A DNA stretch of 64,000 nucleotides from an uncultured delta proteobacterium (GTDB taxonomy: Bacteria; Desulfobacterota; Binatia; UBA9968): contig CAVUZH010000024.1 of NCBI GenBank assembly GCA_963745835.1, forward strand, positions 192,001 to 256,000, given 5' to 3'. The first letter of the stretch is position 1. Each line of letters starts with the position of its first letter. The position numbers were made by a program, and so were the translations under genes. Positions 1 to 9,334 of this stretch are shown one piece after another. The notes under the pieces were generated by a model, which saw nothing but the letters and a program-made list of their open reading frames with translations, was not told where the DNA came from and made no database searches.

Positions 1-573
1 AGCGTTGCCGATAAGCTGTTCGACGTCTTTCAGATTATCGCGCCATTGCTTTGTCACAGTATCGAAGTGGGCAGCGGCGCCAGCGGGACTCAACTGTTTG
101 GCATGGGCATGGAAGGTAAATAGAACCTGGGCGAGAGAGCGCATCATGTCCGCTGTGACCTGCGCCGATTCCAACAGCAGGGGTAACATGCCTGCATCCG
201 GCAAACGCCGCATCACCAGGGCGAACTCTAGCGGATGCTTGCTAGCGCCAAGCCGCCATCCTGCCACGTCGCGCCCGATCGGCAGCACTCCAAGATACAC
301 CGATGGGGCCAACCGTCGATTAAGAGTCAGCTCTTCGTTGATGTAGTAGCGCCGCTTGCCGAGTGTGGTGAAGTCCAAAAAGGAAAATCGGACGGCCTTT
401 TTGATCTTGTAAACCAGCTCACCGGCGAAAAAGAGATGCGAGATGTGGGTTTCTTTGTGGGTTATTCCCGCCGGGCAGTTGGGATAGAAGCTCGGCTTTA
501 ACATCGCTGAAATTAACTCGTTTTGTCGATTCGGCTCCTCGTCCTCAGCATCCGTCTGCTGTAGTTTATCCAT
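1..573 (-). CDS. N-terminal part of an aminoglycoside-phosphotransferase-like / AAA kinase protein (COG2187, Rv2004c-like); runs off the window edge
   Basis: Not in the ORF track (no stop inside the window). Manual translation from ATG 573 (GAGG upstream): MDKLQQ...THKETHISHLFFAGELVYKIKKAVRFSFLDFTTLGKRRYYINEELTLNRRLAPSVYLGVLPI...VMRRLP...TFH. ETHIS, YKIKK.V.F.FLDF.T and E..LNRRLAP are signatures of this family. Confidence 0.85.
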   Translation of the reverse strand, partial: MDKLQQTDAEDEEPNRQNELISAMLKPSFYPNCPAGITHKETHISHLFFAGELVYKIKKAVRFSFLDFTTLGKRRYYINEELTLNRRLAPSVYLGVLPIGRDVAGWRLGASKHPLEFALVMRRLPDAGMLPLLLESAQVTADMMRSLAQVLFTFHAHAKQLSPAGAAAHFDTVTKQWRDNLKDVEQLIGNA

Positions 574-995
574 ATCGCTGCCTCAAGTGTGAACTTCGCA
601 ATAGAAATACCACCGCAATACGAACACTTCTATGTCAGTTTATTGCTTGAACATACCTGCGGGATGGTTAAACCTGCAGATGCGGGTTGCAGGCAAGAGC
701 TAAGCAAGACCCAATGAATTTCGACTTCTTCAATTTTTCAATCGAACGAAGCGAAGCTGATATCGCGGAGCTTTGCCGCGTGCTTGCGGGCTTGGACCCT
801 ATGCTCTGTCAACCAATGCCGACGATGTGTTGCTGGCAAACTGCCGCGCCTCTCTGAGATTGAAGGTGAGAACTATAGCCGTAGCTCTTGGACCTAAGAA
901 AACTTTGCCGCAGACATCTTGGATTTGCGTGCCAAAACGATAAACTTCGTGTACCATTTTCAGTCGGTGTAAATTGCAGCGCGGCAGGTTTAATC

Positions 996-2324
996 ATGCA
1001 AAAACAATCAGTCCCTTCGAAAACTTCCAACGCCAACGTCGGCGTGCTGGTAGGTGGCGGACCGGCTCCGGGAATCAATGGCGTTATCGGAGCGGTTACT
1101 TTGGAAGCGCTCAATCGCGCTCGCAAAGTGATCGGCCTCTACGATGGGTTTCAGTGGTTGATGCGCGGCGACACAACGCGTACCAAGGAACTGCTGAAAG
1201 ATGAAGTCTCGCGCATTCACTTCCAGGGCGGCTCGATCCTCAATACCTCGCGCGCAAACCCCACCAAGAAGGCGGAGGATGTTGAACGAGTGGTCGCCAC
1301 CTTGGACCGTTTAGGGATCGGTTACTTAGTGACCATCGGCGGCGACGATACCATGTATGCCGCAAGCCAGGTTGCCAAATATGCCGCCGGACGCATCCGG
1401 GTCTGCCATGTTCCCAAGACCATCGACAATGATTTGCCGCTTCCTGGCGAGATACCGACATTTGGCTTCGAAACCGCCCGTCAAGTTGGCAGCGCTCTCG
1501 TGCAAAACTTGATGGAAGACTCCCGCACTACCGGCCGCTGGTATTTCGCCGTGGTTATGGGACGTACAGCCGGGCATCTGGCTCTCGGAATCGGCAAGTC
1601 CACCGGCGCCACCCTGACGATTATTCCAGAGGAATTTCCCGCCACGGTGCATCTCGAAAGCGTCTGCGACATACTCGAAGGCGCGATTTTGAAACGCACC
1701 ACCTTGTGGAATCGTTCCGATGGTGTTGCTGTTATTGCCGAAGGTTTGCTCGAGAGAGTCCCGCCTGAGGAGCTGCAAAGCATCGAAGGGGTGCGCATCG
1801 CCCACGACAGTTATGGGCACTTGCGCCTGGCCGAGCTTGACCTCGCGTATATATTGAAAACCCTTGTCGAACATCGCTTCGCCAACCGCGGCTCTTCAAT
1901 GAGCATCGTGCACAAAAATATCGGTTACGAGCTTCGTTCGGCGGCGCCGATCGCGTTCGACTGTGACTATGTGCGCACTCTTGGCTATGGCGCGGTAGAG
2001 TTCCTACTAAATCCTGACGCCAAGATTGCGAGTCTCACCGGCGCGCTCGTGTGTTTAGTGGATGGAGAATTGAAGTATCTCGACTTTACCAGCTTGCAAG
2101 ATTCCAAAACCGGCAAAACTCGCGTTCGCTCGGTGGGAATAACCAAGCCCACCTACAAGGTTGCGCGCGAGTACATGATCCGGCTCGAGCACGAGGACTT
2201 CGCCGACAGTGAAAAGCTACGGCTGCTGGCGCAGGCAGCCTCGTCAAAGGACAAACTTTGCTCGCCTGAGGAGTTCAAAAGCCGTTATCAATATCTAGCA
2301 ACGGATCTTCTCGGCAGCGTCTAG
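996..2324 (+). CDS. pfp: Pyrophosphate-dependent 6-phosphofructokinase
   Basis: GGGPAPGIN, GGDDT, PKTIDND and MGR motifs. Asp in GGDD plus Lys in PKTIDND are the established PPi-specificity residues. Start moved to ATG 996. Confidence 0.88.
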   Translation: MQKQSVPSKTSNANVGVLVGGGPAPGINGVIGAVTLEALNRARKVIGLYDGFQWLMRGDTTRTKELLKDEVSRIHFQGGSILNTSRANPTKKAEDVERVVATLDRLGIGYLVTIGGDDTMYAASQVAKYAAGRIRVCHVPKTIDNDLPLPGEIPTFGFETARQVGSALVQNLMEDSRTTGRWYFAVVMGRTAGHLALGIGKSTGATLTIIPEEFPATVHLESVCDILEGAILKRTTLWNRSDGVAVIAEGLLERVPPEELQSIEGVRIAHDSYGHLRLAELDLAYILKTLVEHRFANRGSSMSIVHKNIGYELRSAAPIAFDCDYVRTLGYGAVEFLLNPDAKIASLTGALVCLVDGELKYLDFTSLQDSKTGKTRVRSVGITKPTYKVAREYMIRLEHEDFADSEKLRLLAQAASSKDKLCSPEEFKSRYQYLATDLLGSV

Positions 2325-2357
2325 CCGATCATAGCTTTAAGACTAAAAGGGGGATCG

Positions 2358-3371
2358 ATGGCAACTAGGGTCGCGATCAACGGGTTCGGCCGGATCGGCA
2401 GATTGGTCTTACGGTCAATCCTGCAACGTTACAAAAAGGATTTAGCGGTTGTTGCGGTCAATGACATGGCCGATCTCCATACCAACGCTCACCTGTTTCG
2501 CTACGACTCGACCTATGGCATATACCCCGGAACCGTTGAAGCCGGCGAAGGGATGATTCGAATCGACGGTGACAATATCGCAGTTCATAACCAAAACGAT
2601 CCGGCGCGGCTTCCCTGGAAGCAATTAGGGGTGGACATCGTTATCGAATCAACGGGTGTGTTTACCGACGGAGCACAGGTTAAAGCGCATCTGGATGCCG
2701 GCGCCAAGAAAGCGATCATCACGGCACCGGCGACGCACGAAGACATCACCGTGGTTCTTGGAGTAAACGACTCACAATATAATCCACGTCAGCATCACAT
2801 CGTGTCCAACGCTTCGTGCACTACCAATTGCCTGGCGCCGGTGGCTAAGGTCCTGCACGATACCTTCGGCGTTGAACGAGGTTTGATGACCACGGTCCAT
2901 GCCTATACCAACGACCAGCGCATTCTCGACCTAATGCATAAGGATTTGCGTCGGGCGCGCGCCGCTGCAACTAACATCGTGCCGACCAGCACCGGCGCGG
3001 CAAAAGCCATTGGCTTGGTCATGCCGGAATTAAAAGGCAAGCTGCACGGCCTCTCACTGCGCGTGCCGACGCCTACTGTATCGGTGGTCGATTTGGTCGT
3101 GAACTTAAAAAAACCGGCGTCTGCGGATAACATTAATAAAGCCTTAAAAAATGCCGCCTCTGCAAAGATGGCCGGCTATCTCGCGTATTCCGACGAACCC
3201 TTGGTTTCCAGCGACTTTCGTGGCAATCCTGCTTCCTCGATTGTGGACGGTCTATCGACGGTCGTGCTCGAAGAAAAAATGGCTAAAGTGCTTTCCTGGT
3301 ACGACAACGAATGGGGCTATAGTTGCCGGGTGGCTGACTTAGCGATATTAATGGCACAAAAAGGTTTATAG
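2358..3371 (+). CDS. gap: Type I glyceraldehyde-3-phosphate dehydrogenase (copy 1)
   Basis: [19 protein letters not shown] and WYDNEWGYS motifs; AAGGGGG SD. Confidence 0.97.
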   Translation: MATRVAINGFGRIGRLVLRSILQRYKKDLAVVAVNDMADLHTNAHLFRYDSTYGIYPGTVEAGEGMIRIDGDNIAVHNQNDPARLPWKQLGVDIVIESTGVFTDGAQVKAHLDAGAKKAIITAPATHEDITVVLGVNDSQYNPRQHHIVSNASCTTNCLAPVAKVLHDTFGVERGLMTTVHAYTNDQRILDLMHKDLRRARAAATNIVPTSTGAAKAIGLVMPELKGKLHGLSLRVPTPTVSVVDLVVNLKKPASADNINKALKNAASAKMAGYLAYSDEPLVSSDFRGNPASSIVDGLSTVVLEEKMAKVLSWYDNEWGYSCRVADLAILMAQKGL

Positions 3372-3380
3372 GAGGCGACC

Positions 3381-3770
3381 ATGTTTGCAAAAGACATCAT
3401 GACCAGAGACGTGATCACTGTCAGCCCAACCGCTACCATTAAGAATTTGGCTATGACGCTCATCAAGAATCAAATCAGCGGCGCGCCGGTGGCGGGCAGG
3501 AACGGCAAAATTATCGGCGTAGTCTCCGAAGCCGACATCGTCGCAAAAAAAGGCAAAGATGTAAAAACGATTATGAGCAAGAACATCATCAGCGTCACCG
3601 AAGAAACTGCCGTCGAAGACATTGCCAAATTAATGACCACGCACCGGATTAAACGCCTGCCCGTGATGCGCGGCTCAGAGGTCGTCGGCATCGTCAGCCG
3701 CGCTGACATCGTCAACGCCATCGCGCTGGGTAAGCACGTGGCCATCCATACACCGGTTTACGATCTTTGA
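3381..3770 (+). CDS. Stand-alone CBS-pair (Bateman module) protein
   Basis: Two CBS repeats (ISGAPV...GVVSEADI and IKRLPV...GIVSRADI); GGAGG SD, 9 nt after the gap stop. Confidence 0.9.
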   Translation: MFAKDIMTRDVITVSPTATIKNLAMTLIKNQISGAPVAGRNGKIIGVVSEADIVAKKGKDVKTIMSKNIISVTEETAVEDIAKLMTTHRIKRLPVMRGSEVVGIVSRADIVNAIALGKHVAIHTPVYDL

Positions 3771-4044
3771 TCGACATGTCTGCATTACTGCTTGGTGTTC
3801 CTTCAGCCTAAAAATAGTTCCAGCACCGAGTTCGATCGTTCCGGGGCTCTGGAACAAACAAACTGTCGTTCTCCCTCCTAAATTCGCGTTCTTAAGAACT
3901 TTTCGACTGATTACTCGCGGACCGGAAAGTTTCCACGACAGCGCGCGCCGTTTTTCGGCGCTATCCGTGGCATCTCTTTTACGCAATAGACTCTCATAGG
4001 CTGCTATTAAAAATTATCCGGAGCATACCAGAGGAGGATGAGTG

Positions 4045-4140
4045 ATGGCGCAAAAAATTTCTACGTTCGACGATTGGACAGATTACTTCAGCAAGTGACA
4101 GAAGGATATTGGCTTCTTGAGCCGCAGCGCTCCTGATTAA
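4045..4140 (+). pseudogene. 5' remnant of a gene, recalled as resembling the N-terminus of BoxB/PaaI-like aromatic-CoA oxygenase proteins
   Basis: Strong SD (GAGGAGG), then MAQKISTFDDWTDYFSK*QKDIG with TGA where Trp (TGG) would fit. Family assignment is from memory, not a search. Confidence 0.4.
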
Positions 4141-4220
4141 ACTTTACGATTGCCACGTTCAAGCCCTTGCCTGGGAAGGCGGCGAGTATCCTTACCTAGC
4201 TAGGGCATGTTGGATTAGCG

Positions 4221-5231
4221 TCACCGCGGGCTCGCTTGAAACAGCCCTTTTTGCTCCAGCCTGCGTACGGTTCGATCGTCAATAAGATCTTCAGCGCGCA
4301 GACCGCGAATTTTTTCATTGGTCGCGCCTAAGAGTCTGATGGTGTTTCGAATACCGTCCGCGGTCGGGTAGATCTTCCGCTCATAGAGCGTCTTGATGAT
4401 TTCATAACCATCGGCGGTGTCCTCGGGCTTAGGCAGCCGGAGGCCCTTGGCCAGGCTGCGCATGACTGCTGCCTTGTTGGCGGGGTCCTGTATGAAAGCG
4501 ATGGCCTCGACGATGGCGGTTAGAATTCTTTCTACGACTTCGGGCTGTTGATTGATATAGCTGCGCCTGGCAAACACGGTCGTACCCTGGTACGGAATGC
4601 CCAACTCCGGTAGATCAGCGAGAACGCGGTAACCCTGACGTTTAAGCATGGCTGCCGATGAATACGCCGACAGCTGGGTTGCTTGGATGACTCCGGTGGT
4701 CATCGCCTGAGCGCGTACCGCATCGTTACCGATAACCCGGATGGTGATGTTGTCGCGCTTAACGTCGAGCCCCCAGTGCTCGAGCGCGAGCATCGTAAAT
4801 ACCCAATTACCACCGCCGATGCTCGTCACTCCGATGGTCTTGCCCTTCAGCTCGGCGGGGGTTTTGATGTCAGGTGAGGAAACGATCGTTCCGGTTAACC
4901 GGTTTACCAGGCCTGCAATGAAAACCAGATCCAAGCCGCCGGCCGCCGCGCCGAGAATCGCGCCGGAGACCGAAGCGGTATTGATCTGCGAATCGCCGTG
5001 GGCGATCGACGCCAAAGCCACAGGCGCGCTGGATACATAAACCAAATCCACATCCAACCCCTGCTTGCGAAAGAAGCCCTGATCGCGCGCGACAAAGAGG
5101 GCGCCCTCACGCTCGCTCAAGACGGCATAACTGATCACGACCTTGGTCGGCGGCGCGGCGCTGAAAGCCGTGTTGATCGACAAACTGTAGAACAACCCTA
5201 ACGAGATAAAGCATACGAACAGTTTTTTCAT
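4221..5231 (-). CDS. ABC transporter substrate-binding protein, NMT1/THI5/SsuA-like
   Basis: Signal peptide; VARDQGFFRKQGLDV and ELKGKTIGVTSIGG motifs; no permease or ATPase adjacent. Confidence 0.85.
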   Translation of the reverse strand: MKKLFVCFISLGLFYSLSINTAFSAAPPTKVVISYAVLSEREGALFVARDQGFFRKQGLDVDLVYVSSAPVALASIAHGDSQINTASVSGAILGAAAGGLDLVFIAGLVNRLTGTIVSSPDIKTPAELKGKTIGVTSIGGGNWVFTMLALEHWGLDVKRDNITIRVIGNDAVRAQAMTTGVIQATQLSAYSSAAMLKRQGYRVLADLPELGIPYQGTTVFARRSYINQQPEVVERILTAIVEAIAFIQDPANKAAVMRSLAKGLRLPKPEDTADGYEIIKTLYERKIYPTADGIRNTIRLLGATNEKIRGLRAEDLIDDRTVRRLEQKGLFQASPR

Positions 5232-5312
5232 AAAGATTCAGCTTTCAAGGCGAATTTGAAGGCGACGCGGGCAGCGACCCACATCACCGGGACAGCATCA
5301 GGAACAATGAGG

Positions 5313-5543
5313 TCAGTGGCGCATATTGCCCTCGCACTTGCACATATCCGCGTCCAAGCCGTGCTCAGCAAAGAAACCTTGGTCCTTGGCGACAAACAAG
5401 AGTCCGCTGCGTTCACTGAAGTCGGCGAAGATGATACTGACATTCTTGGCGGCGCTAGCGGCCATTGCCGTTGAGCCGACGGCTAGCACCAGCAACAGCA
5501 ACAAAGTGGCTCCTAGCCTTGAATTATGAAACCGAAAGGGCAT
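5313..5543 (-). pseudogene. Truncated N-terminal fragment of a paralogous NMT1-like substrate-binding protein
   Basis: GGAGGA SD, signal peptide, then SERSGLLFVAKDQGFFAEHGLDAD matching the neighbour's SEREGALFVARDQGFFRKQGLDVD; similarity ends abruptly. Confidence 0.75.
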
Positions 5544-5961
5544 TACGCACTTCCTCCTTGAAAGTACAAAGCAGCTCCTTGATCAAAACCATTTCAATAA
5601 CTCGATCGAGCATAAAAATGCAATGTTTTCGCTTCAGCCGCTTTCGTTGAACATGCGCTAGATAATCTGCCTGACTTATCTCCACTGACGTAAAGTCATT
5701 TCCCGCCTCGCGTCAATCAAGCTGCGTGATCAGAGGATCTACTCAGATCGTGCCATGATATGTCAAACATGTACAATTCTTCTCTGTTGTGCACAAAAAT
5801 CTCACATCCATCGACTAGATTTTGGTCAGCGGCAAAGCCGCTGGAGCGGCTGTTCATAGGTAAAAGTGCGGCTGACGCAGATTCGATCCAGCGGAATAGA
5901 CTTTGCTTTGATCTCCGCATTCAACCCGCAACAACTTCGCCCAAAATCTGCAGGAGGACAA

Positions 5962-6972
5962 ATGACCAATGTAGCGATCAATGGATTCGGTCGGATCGGC
6001 CGTCTCGGACTGCGCGCGATGCTCGAGCGTCACAAAGAAGAGCTCAATGTCGTCGCCGTAAACGACATGGCCGACTTGCATACCAACGCTCACCTGTTTC
6101 GTTATGACTCGACCTATGGAATCTTTCCGGGAACAGTGCAGATTGGCGAAGGTCAGCTCAAGATCGATGGATGGGATATCGCCGTGCTAAGCGAGAAAGA
6201 TCCATCGCGGCTGCCTTGGCGCAAGCTGGGGGTGGACATTGTCATCGAATCCACGGGCCTCTTTACCAGTGGCAGTCAAGCACGAGCTCATTTGGAAGCG
6301 GGGGCAAAGAAAGTGATTATCACCGCACCCGCAACAGATGAAGACATCACCGTGGTCTTGGGAGTCAACGAGTCGGCCTACGACCCTGACAAACACCAAA
6401 TCGTCTCGAATGCGTCCTGCACAACAAACTGTCTCGCTCCGCTGGCCAAAGTCTTACACGAGAACTTCGGCGTTGAGCGCGGTCTCATGACAACCACACA
6501 CTCCTACACCAACGATCAGCGCATTCTCGATCTGATGCACAGCGATATGCGTCGCGCCCGGGCCGGCGCCGCCAACATCGTCCCGACGACCACCGGCGCG
6601 GCCAAGGCCATCGGACTGGTCTTGCCCGAGCTCAAAGGCAAGCTTCACGGTCTCTCGCTCAGAGTGCCGACATCGAGTGTTTCCATTGTCGACCTGGTGG
6701 TCGACCTGAAAAGGCCAGCCTCGGCAGCAGCGATTAACGATTCGCTCAAGAGCTCTGCCGGTGGTGATCTCGACGGCATCCTGGCTTATTGCGACGAGCC
6801 GCTGGTCTCCAGCGACTTCCGCGGTAATCCGGCCTCCTCCATAGTAGATGGCTTATGTACTGTCATCCTGGAAGAGAAAATGGCAAAAATTTTGGCGTGG
6901 TACGATAACGAATGGGGCTATAGCTGCCGCGTTGGGGATCTCGCCGCCTTCATGATCGAGCGCGAACTATAA
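5962..6972 (+). CDS. gap: Type I glyceraldehyde-3-phosphate dehydrogenase (copy 2)
   Basis: AGGAGG SD before ATG 5962; same catalytic motifs as copy 1. Confidence 0.96.
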   Translation: MTNVAINGFGRIGRLGLRAMLERHKEELNVVAVNDMADLHTNAHLFRYDSTYGIFPGTVQIGEGQLKIDGWDIAVLSEKDPSRLPWRKLGVDIVIESTGLFTSGSQARAHLEAGAKKVIITAPATDEDITVVLGVNESAYDPDKHQIVSNASCTTNCLAPLAKVLHENFGVERGLMTTTHSYTNDQRILDLMHSDMRRARAGAANIVPTTTGAAKAIGLVLPELKGKLHGLSLRVPTSSVSIVDLVVDLKRPASAAAINDSLKSSAGGDLDGILAYCDEPLVSSDFRGNPASSIVDGLCTVILEEKMAKILAWYDNEWGYSCRVGDLAAFMIEREL

Positions 6973-7024
6973 AATCCGTGCTTTTGTTTGGCCAATTCTG
7001 ATAAACCCCGCCATTGTGAAAGTC

Positions 7025-7742
7025 TTACTCTGAGGCTTGTGTCAGATATTCCACCGGCAACGGCACTTCCTGCACCGAGCCATACACGCTGCGCATAGCT
7101 GTAAGCCCGGGCGCCAGGCTTTGCTCCGATCACTTGATAGATCTCCGGCCCTTTGTAGTGAATCCCGACCCAGTCTTCGATTGCCACACCGGCAGAAATC
7201 TCGCCGCTGGCCAGAAGCCGGTGATAAGATGGCCGCCGCTGCGGTTCGCCGTCGTAATGCGGACAACAACTGCCGGGAACAAAACCGAGACAGCCAAGCG
7301 GACGCAGCCCATCTGAGAACGAGTCCGTCAGCCCTTGCTCAAACCAACAGATCGCTCCCGCGCTCACACCCGTGAGAATAATTCCCGACTGCCACGCCTC
7401 TCGGAGCAATTCCGGCACGCCCCAATCGCGCCACAAGGCAATCATGCTCTTGGTATTGCCGCCGCCGACATAGATCACATTTTGATTGAGCAGCAACGAG
7501 CGCAGATCCGGCGTCCTTTTGAACAACGACAACACCGAAGGACGGCACTGCAGTTTCAAGAATGCCGCATAGAAACTCGCAACATAATGGTCCGGCTCGC
7601 CGCTGGCAGTGGGCACGAAGAGCACCCGCGGTTGGGCAACGCCGGTTTGCGCTAAAATGTAACGCTCGAGCGCAAGATTCTCCGAGTCCCGATAAAATCC
7701 ACCGCCGCCGATGGGAATAATCTGTGGTGTTGGATTGGGCAT
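7025..7742 (-). CDS. Peptidase E (S51 family); apparent +1 frameshift near 7098
   Basis: FVPTAS, YVGGGNT, GVSAGA (nucleophile) and CPHYD motifs. Removing one base near 7098 gives the C-terminus YSMRSVYGSVQEVPLPVEYLTQASE* ending at 7025 and removes the overlap with gap. Confidence 0.85.
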
Positions 7743-7792
7743 GTGTCGGCTTGCGCCGTCGATCTTAGCGAAGTGATAAAAAGTCTGGCACG

Positions 7793-8182
7793 CTATCTTC
7801 TCAACTCGCCTCGAGCCTGCTCGGCAATTTTTTCGTAGCCTGCTTTGATCCGGTCGAGTTCCTCTTCTTCAAGCTCTTCCAGATCCAACAATGCATTATG
7901 CGCACCGTGCGTCGCGCGGATGAGTTCGTCTAATTTCACCTGCATCGCCTCAGAATCACGATTTTGAGTACTTTGTATGAGGAAGACCATCAAAAAAGTG
8001 ATGATCGTGGTTCCGGTATTGATCACTAGCTGCCAGGTATCGCTGAATCCGAACAGTGGACCCGTAACCGCCCATGCCGCCACAACCGAAACAGCGATCA
8101 TGAATGTCAACGGTTTGCCGGTGATCCTTGCGGTTAATTTCGCAAAGCGCGAGAACCAAGACTTCGACCTTGTTGGCCTCAT
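7793..8182 (-). CDS. Low-affinity iron permease family protein (Fet4-like)
   Basis: FSDTWQLVINTGTTIITFLMVFLIQSTQNRD...KLDELIRA signature. Confidence 0.9.
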   Translation of the reverse strand: MRPTRSKSWFSRFAKLTARITGKPLTFMIAVSVVAAWAVTGPLFGFSDTWQLVINTGTTIITFLMVFLIQSTQNRDSEAMQVKLDELIRATHGAHNALLDLEELEEEELDRIKAGYEKIAEQARGELRR

Positions 8183-8359
8183 GGGTCACTCCCAAACTTG
8201 CAAAATCCTCACAATCCATATCACATGCTGCTGCGATTGGGCGACAATTTACCTGAGCGCGAATTGACAGTACCGACAGGCCCGTGAAATTGATTCAGCC
8301 TGGACATTTTCGGCTTGCGGGAGTAAGGGGAATAAATCATCGGAGTCGGAAGGAATCCT

Positions 8360-9298
8360 ATGACGACATTAATCACCGGGTTGGGCTTGGTTGGAACTTC
8401 CTATGCTCAACTCGCTCTCAAGCGCGGCGAAAGCATCGTTTTCTACGATATTGCGCCGAGGAAAGATTTCCTGGCGTATAAGCTGGGCACGGCTAACGTT
8501 ACGGTTGTTCAGCGCGATGTTCGCGACTTGCCGGCGTTGATCGAGACAATCCTGAAAAATAAAGTCGATACTGTCATCCACACAGCGGGACTGATCGGCG
8601 GCAAAGTCGCGCAGCCGATCTATACCGGCATGCAGATCAATGTGATGGGCACGATCAATGTCGCCGAAGCGGTACGTTTAACCGGGGTGAAGCGTCTGGT
8701 GCAGATCAGCACGTTCGGCATTTATGACCGGCGCGGCGGTGAGCCCGGTCCAATTGACGAAAGTTTCCACCGCGGCCCCGGGGAAGCGTATGGCAACTCC
8801 AAAGTCGCTAAGGAACTCATGGTAGAAGCGTATCAACGGCTGTATGGCTTTGAGCTGATCACGTTGCGGCTCGCCAATGTCTATGGGGTCGGCCACTTTG
8901 CCGGCGGCTCCGGCGGCGGTGAGATGGTGCAGAACATGCTCCAGACCGGAATCCGCGGCGGTGTGGTAAAGGTTGCGCAAGAGGTGGCGCGCGACTTCGA
9001 ATATGTTTACTACAAAGATCTGGGCCGAGCTCTCGATAAGGCAGCGACCACACCTCTGTCGAAGCCGGTGACACTTAATATCGGCACAGGCGTAGTCATC
9101 AAGTTCGACGATTTGGTCGCGACGGCCGAGAAACTCCTGCCCAATCTGCAGGTGGAAATAATGCCGGGGCAGAAACCTCGTTCCGCCAAGCAGCCAATGG
9201 TAATCACCAGAGCCAAACAATTCCTGGAGTGGGAGCCAGAGTATGATTTGGAACGCGGGTTCAAAGACTACATCGAGGAGCTCAAGGCGTTGAGCTGA
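8360..9298 (+). CDS. NAD-dependent epimerase/dehydratase (extended SDR)
   Basis: ITGLGLVG Rossmann motif, YGNSK catalytic YxxxK, LRLANVYG. Confidence 0.88.
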   Translation: MTTLITGLGLVGTSYAQLALKRGESIVFYDIAPRKDFLAYKLGTANVTVVQRDVRDLPALIETILKNKVDTVIHTAGLIGGKVAQPIYTGMQINVMGTINVAEAVRLTGVKRLVQISTFGIYDRRGGEPGPIDESFHRGPGEAYGNSKVAKELMVEAYQRLYGFELITLRLANVYGVGHFAGGSGGGEMVQNMLQTGIRGGVVKVAQEVARDFEYVYYKDLGRALDKAATTPLSKPVTLNIGTGVVIKFDDLVATAEKLLPNLQVEIMPGQKPRSAKQPMVITRAKQFLEWEPEYDLERGFKDYIEELKALS

Positions 9299-9334
9299 TA
9301 AAAAGGCATCGCAGCTCCCGTAAAACCCGAGTCC

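Noticed and set aside
5-501. Plus-strand ORFs 5..346 and 235..501
   Set aside because: Shadows of the minus-strand COG2187-like gene at 1..573.
4096-4098. TGA recoding (Trp or selenocysteine)
   Set aside because: TGA is used as a normal stop by many genes here and the stub ends 14 codons later.
5717-5920. Small minus-strand ORF and TGTG...TCACA-like operator upstream of gap copy 2
   Set aside because: No SD or recognisable family for the ORF; half-site spacing does not match CRP/FNR or Rex consensus.
2358-6972. gap duplication as an assembly artefact
   Set aside because: The copies differ at many synonymous and non-synonymous positions and have different flanks.
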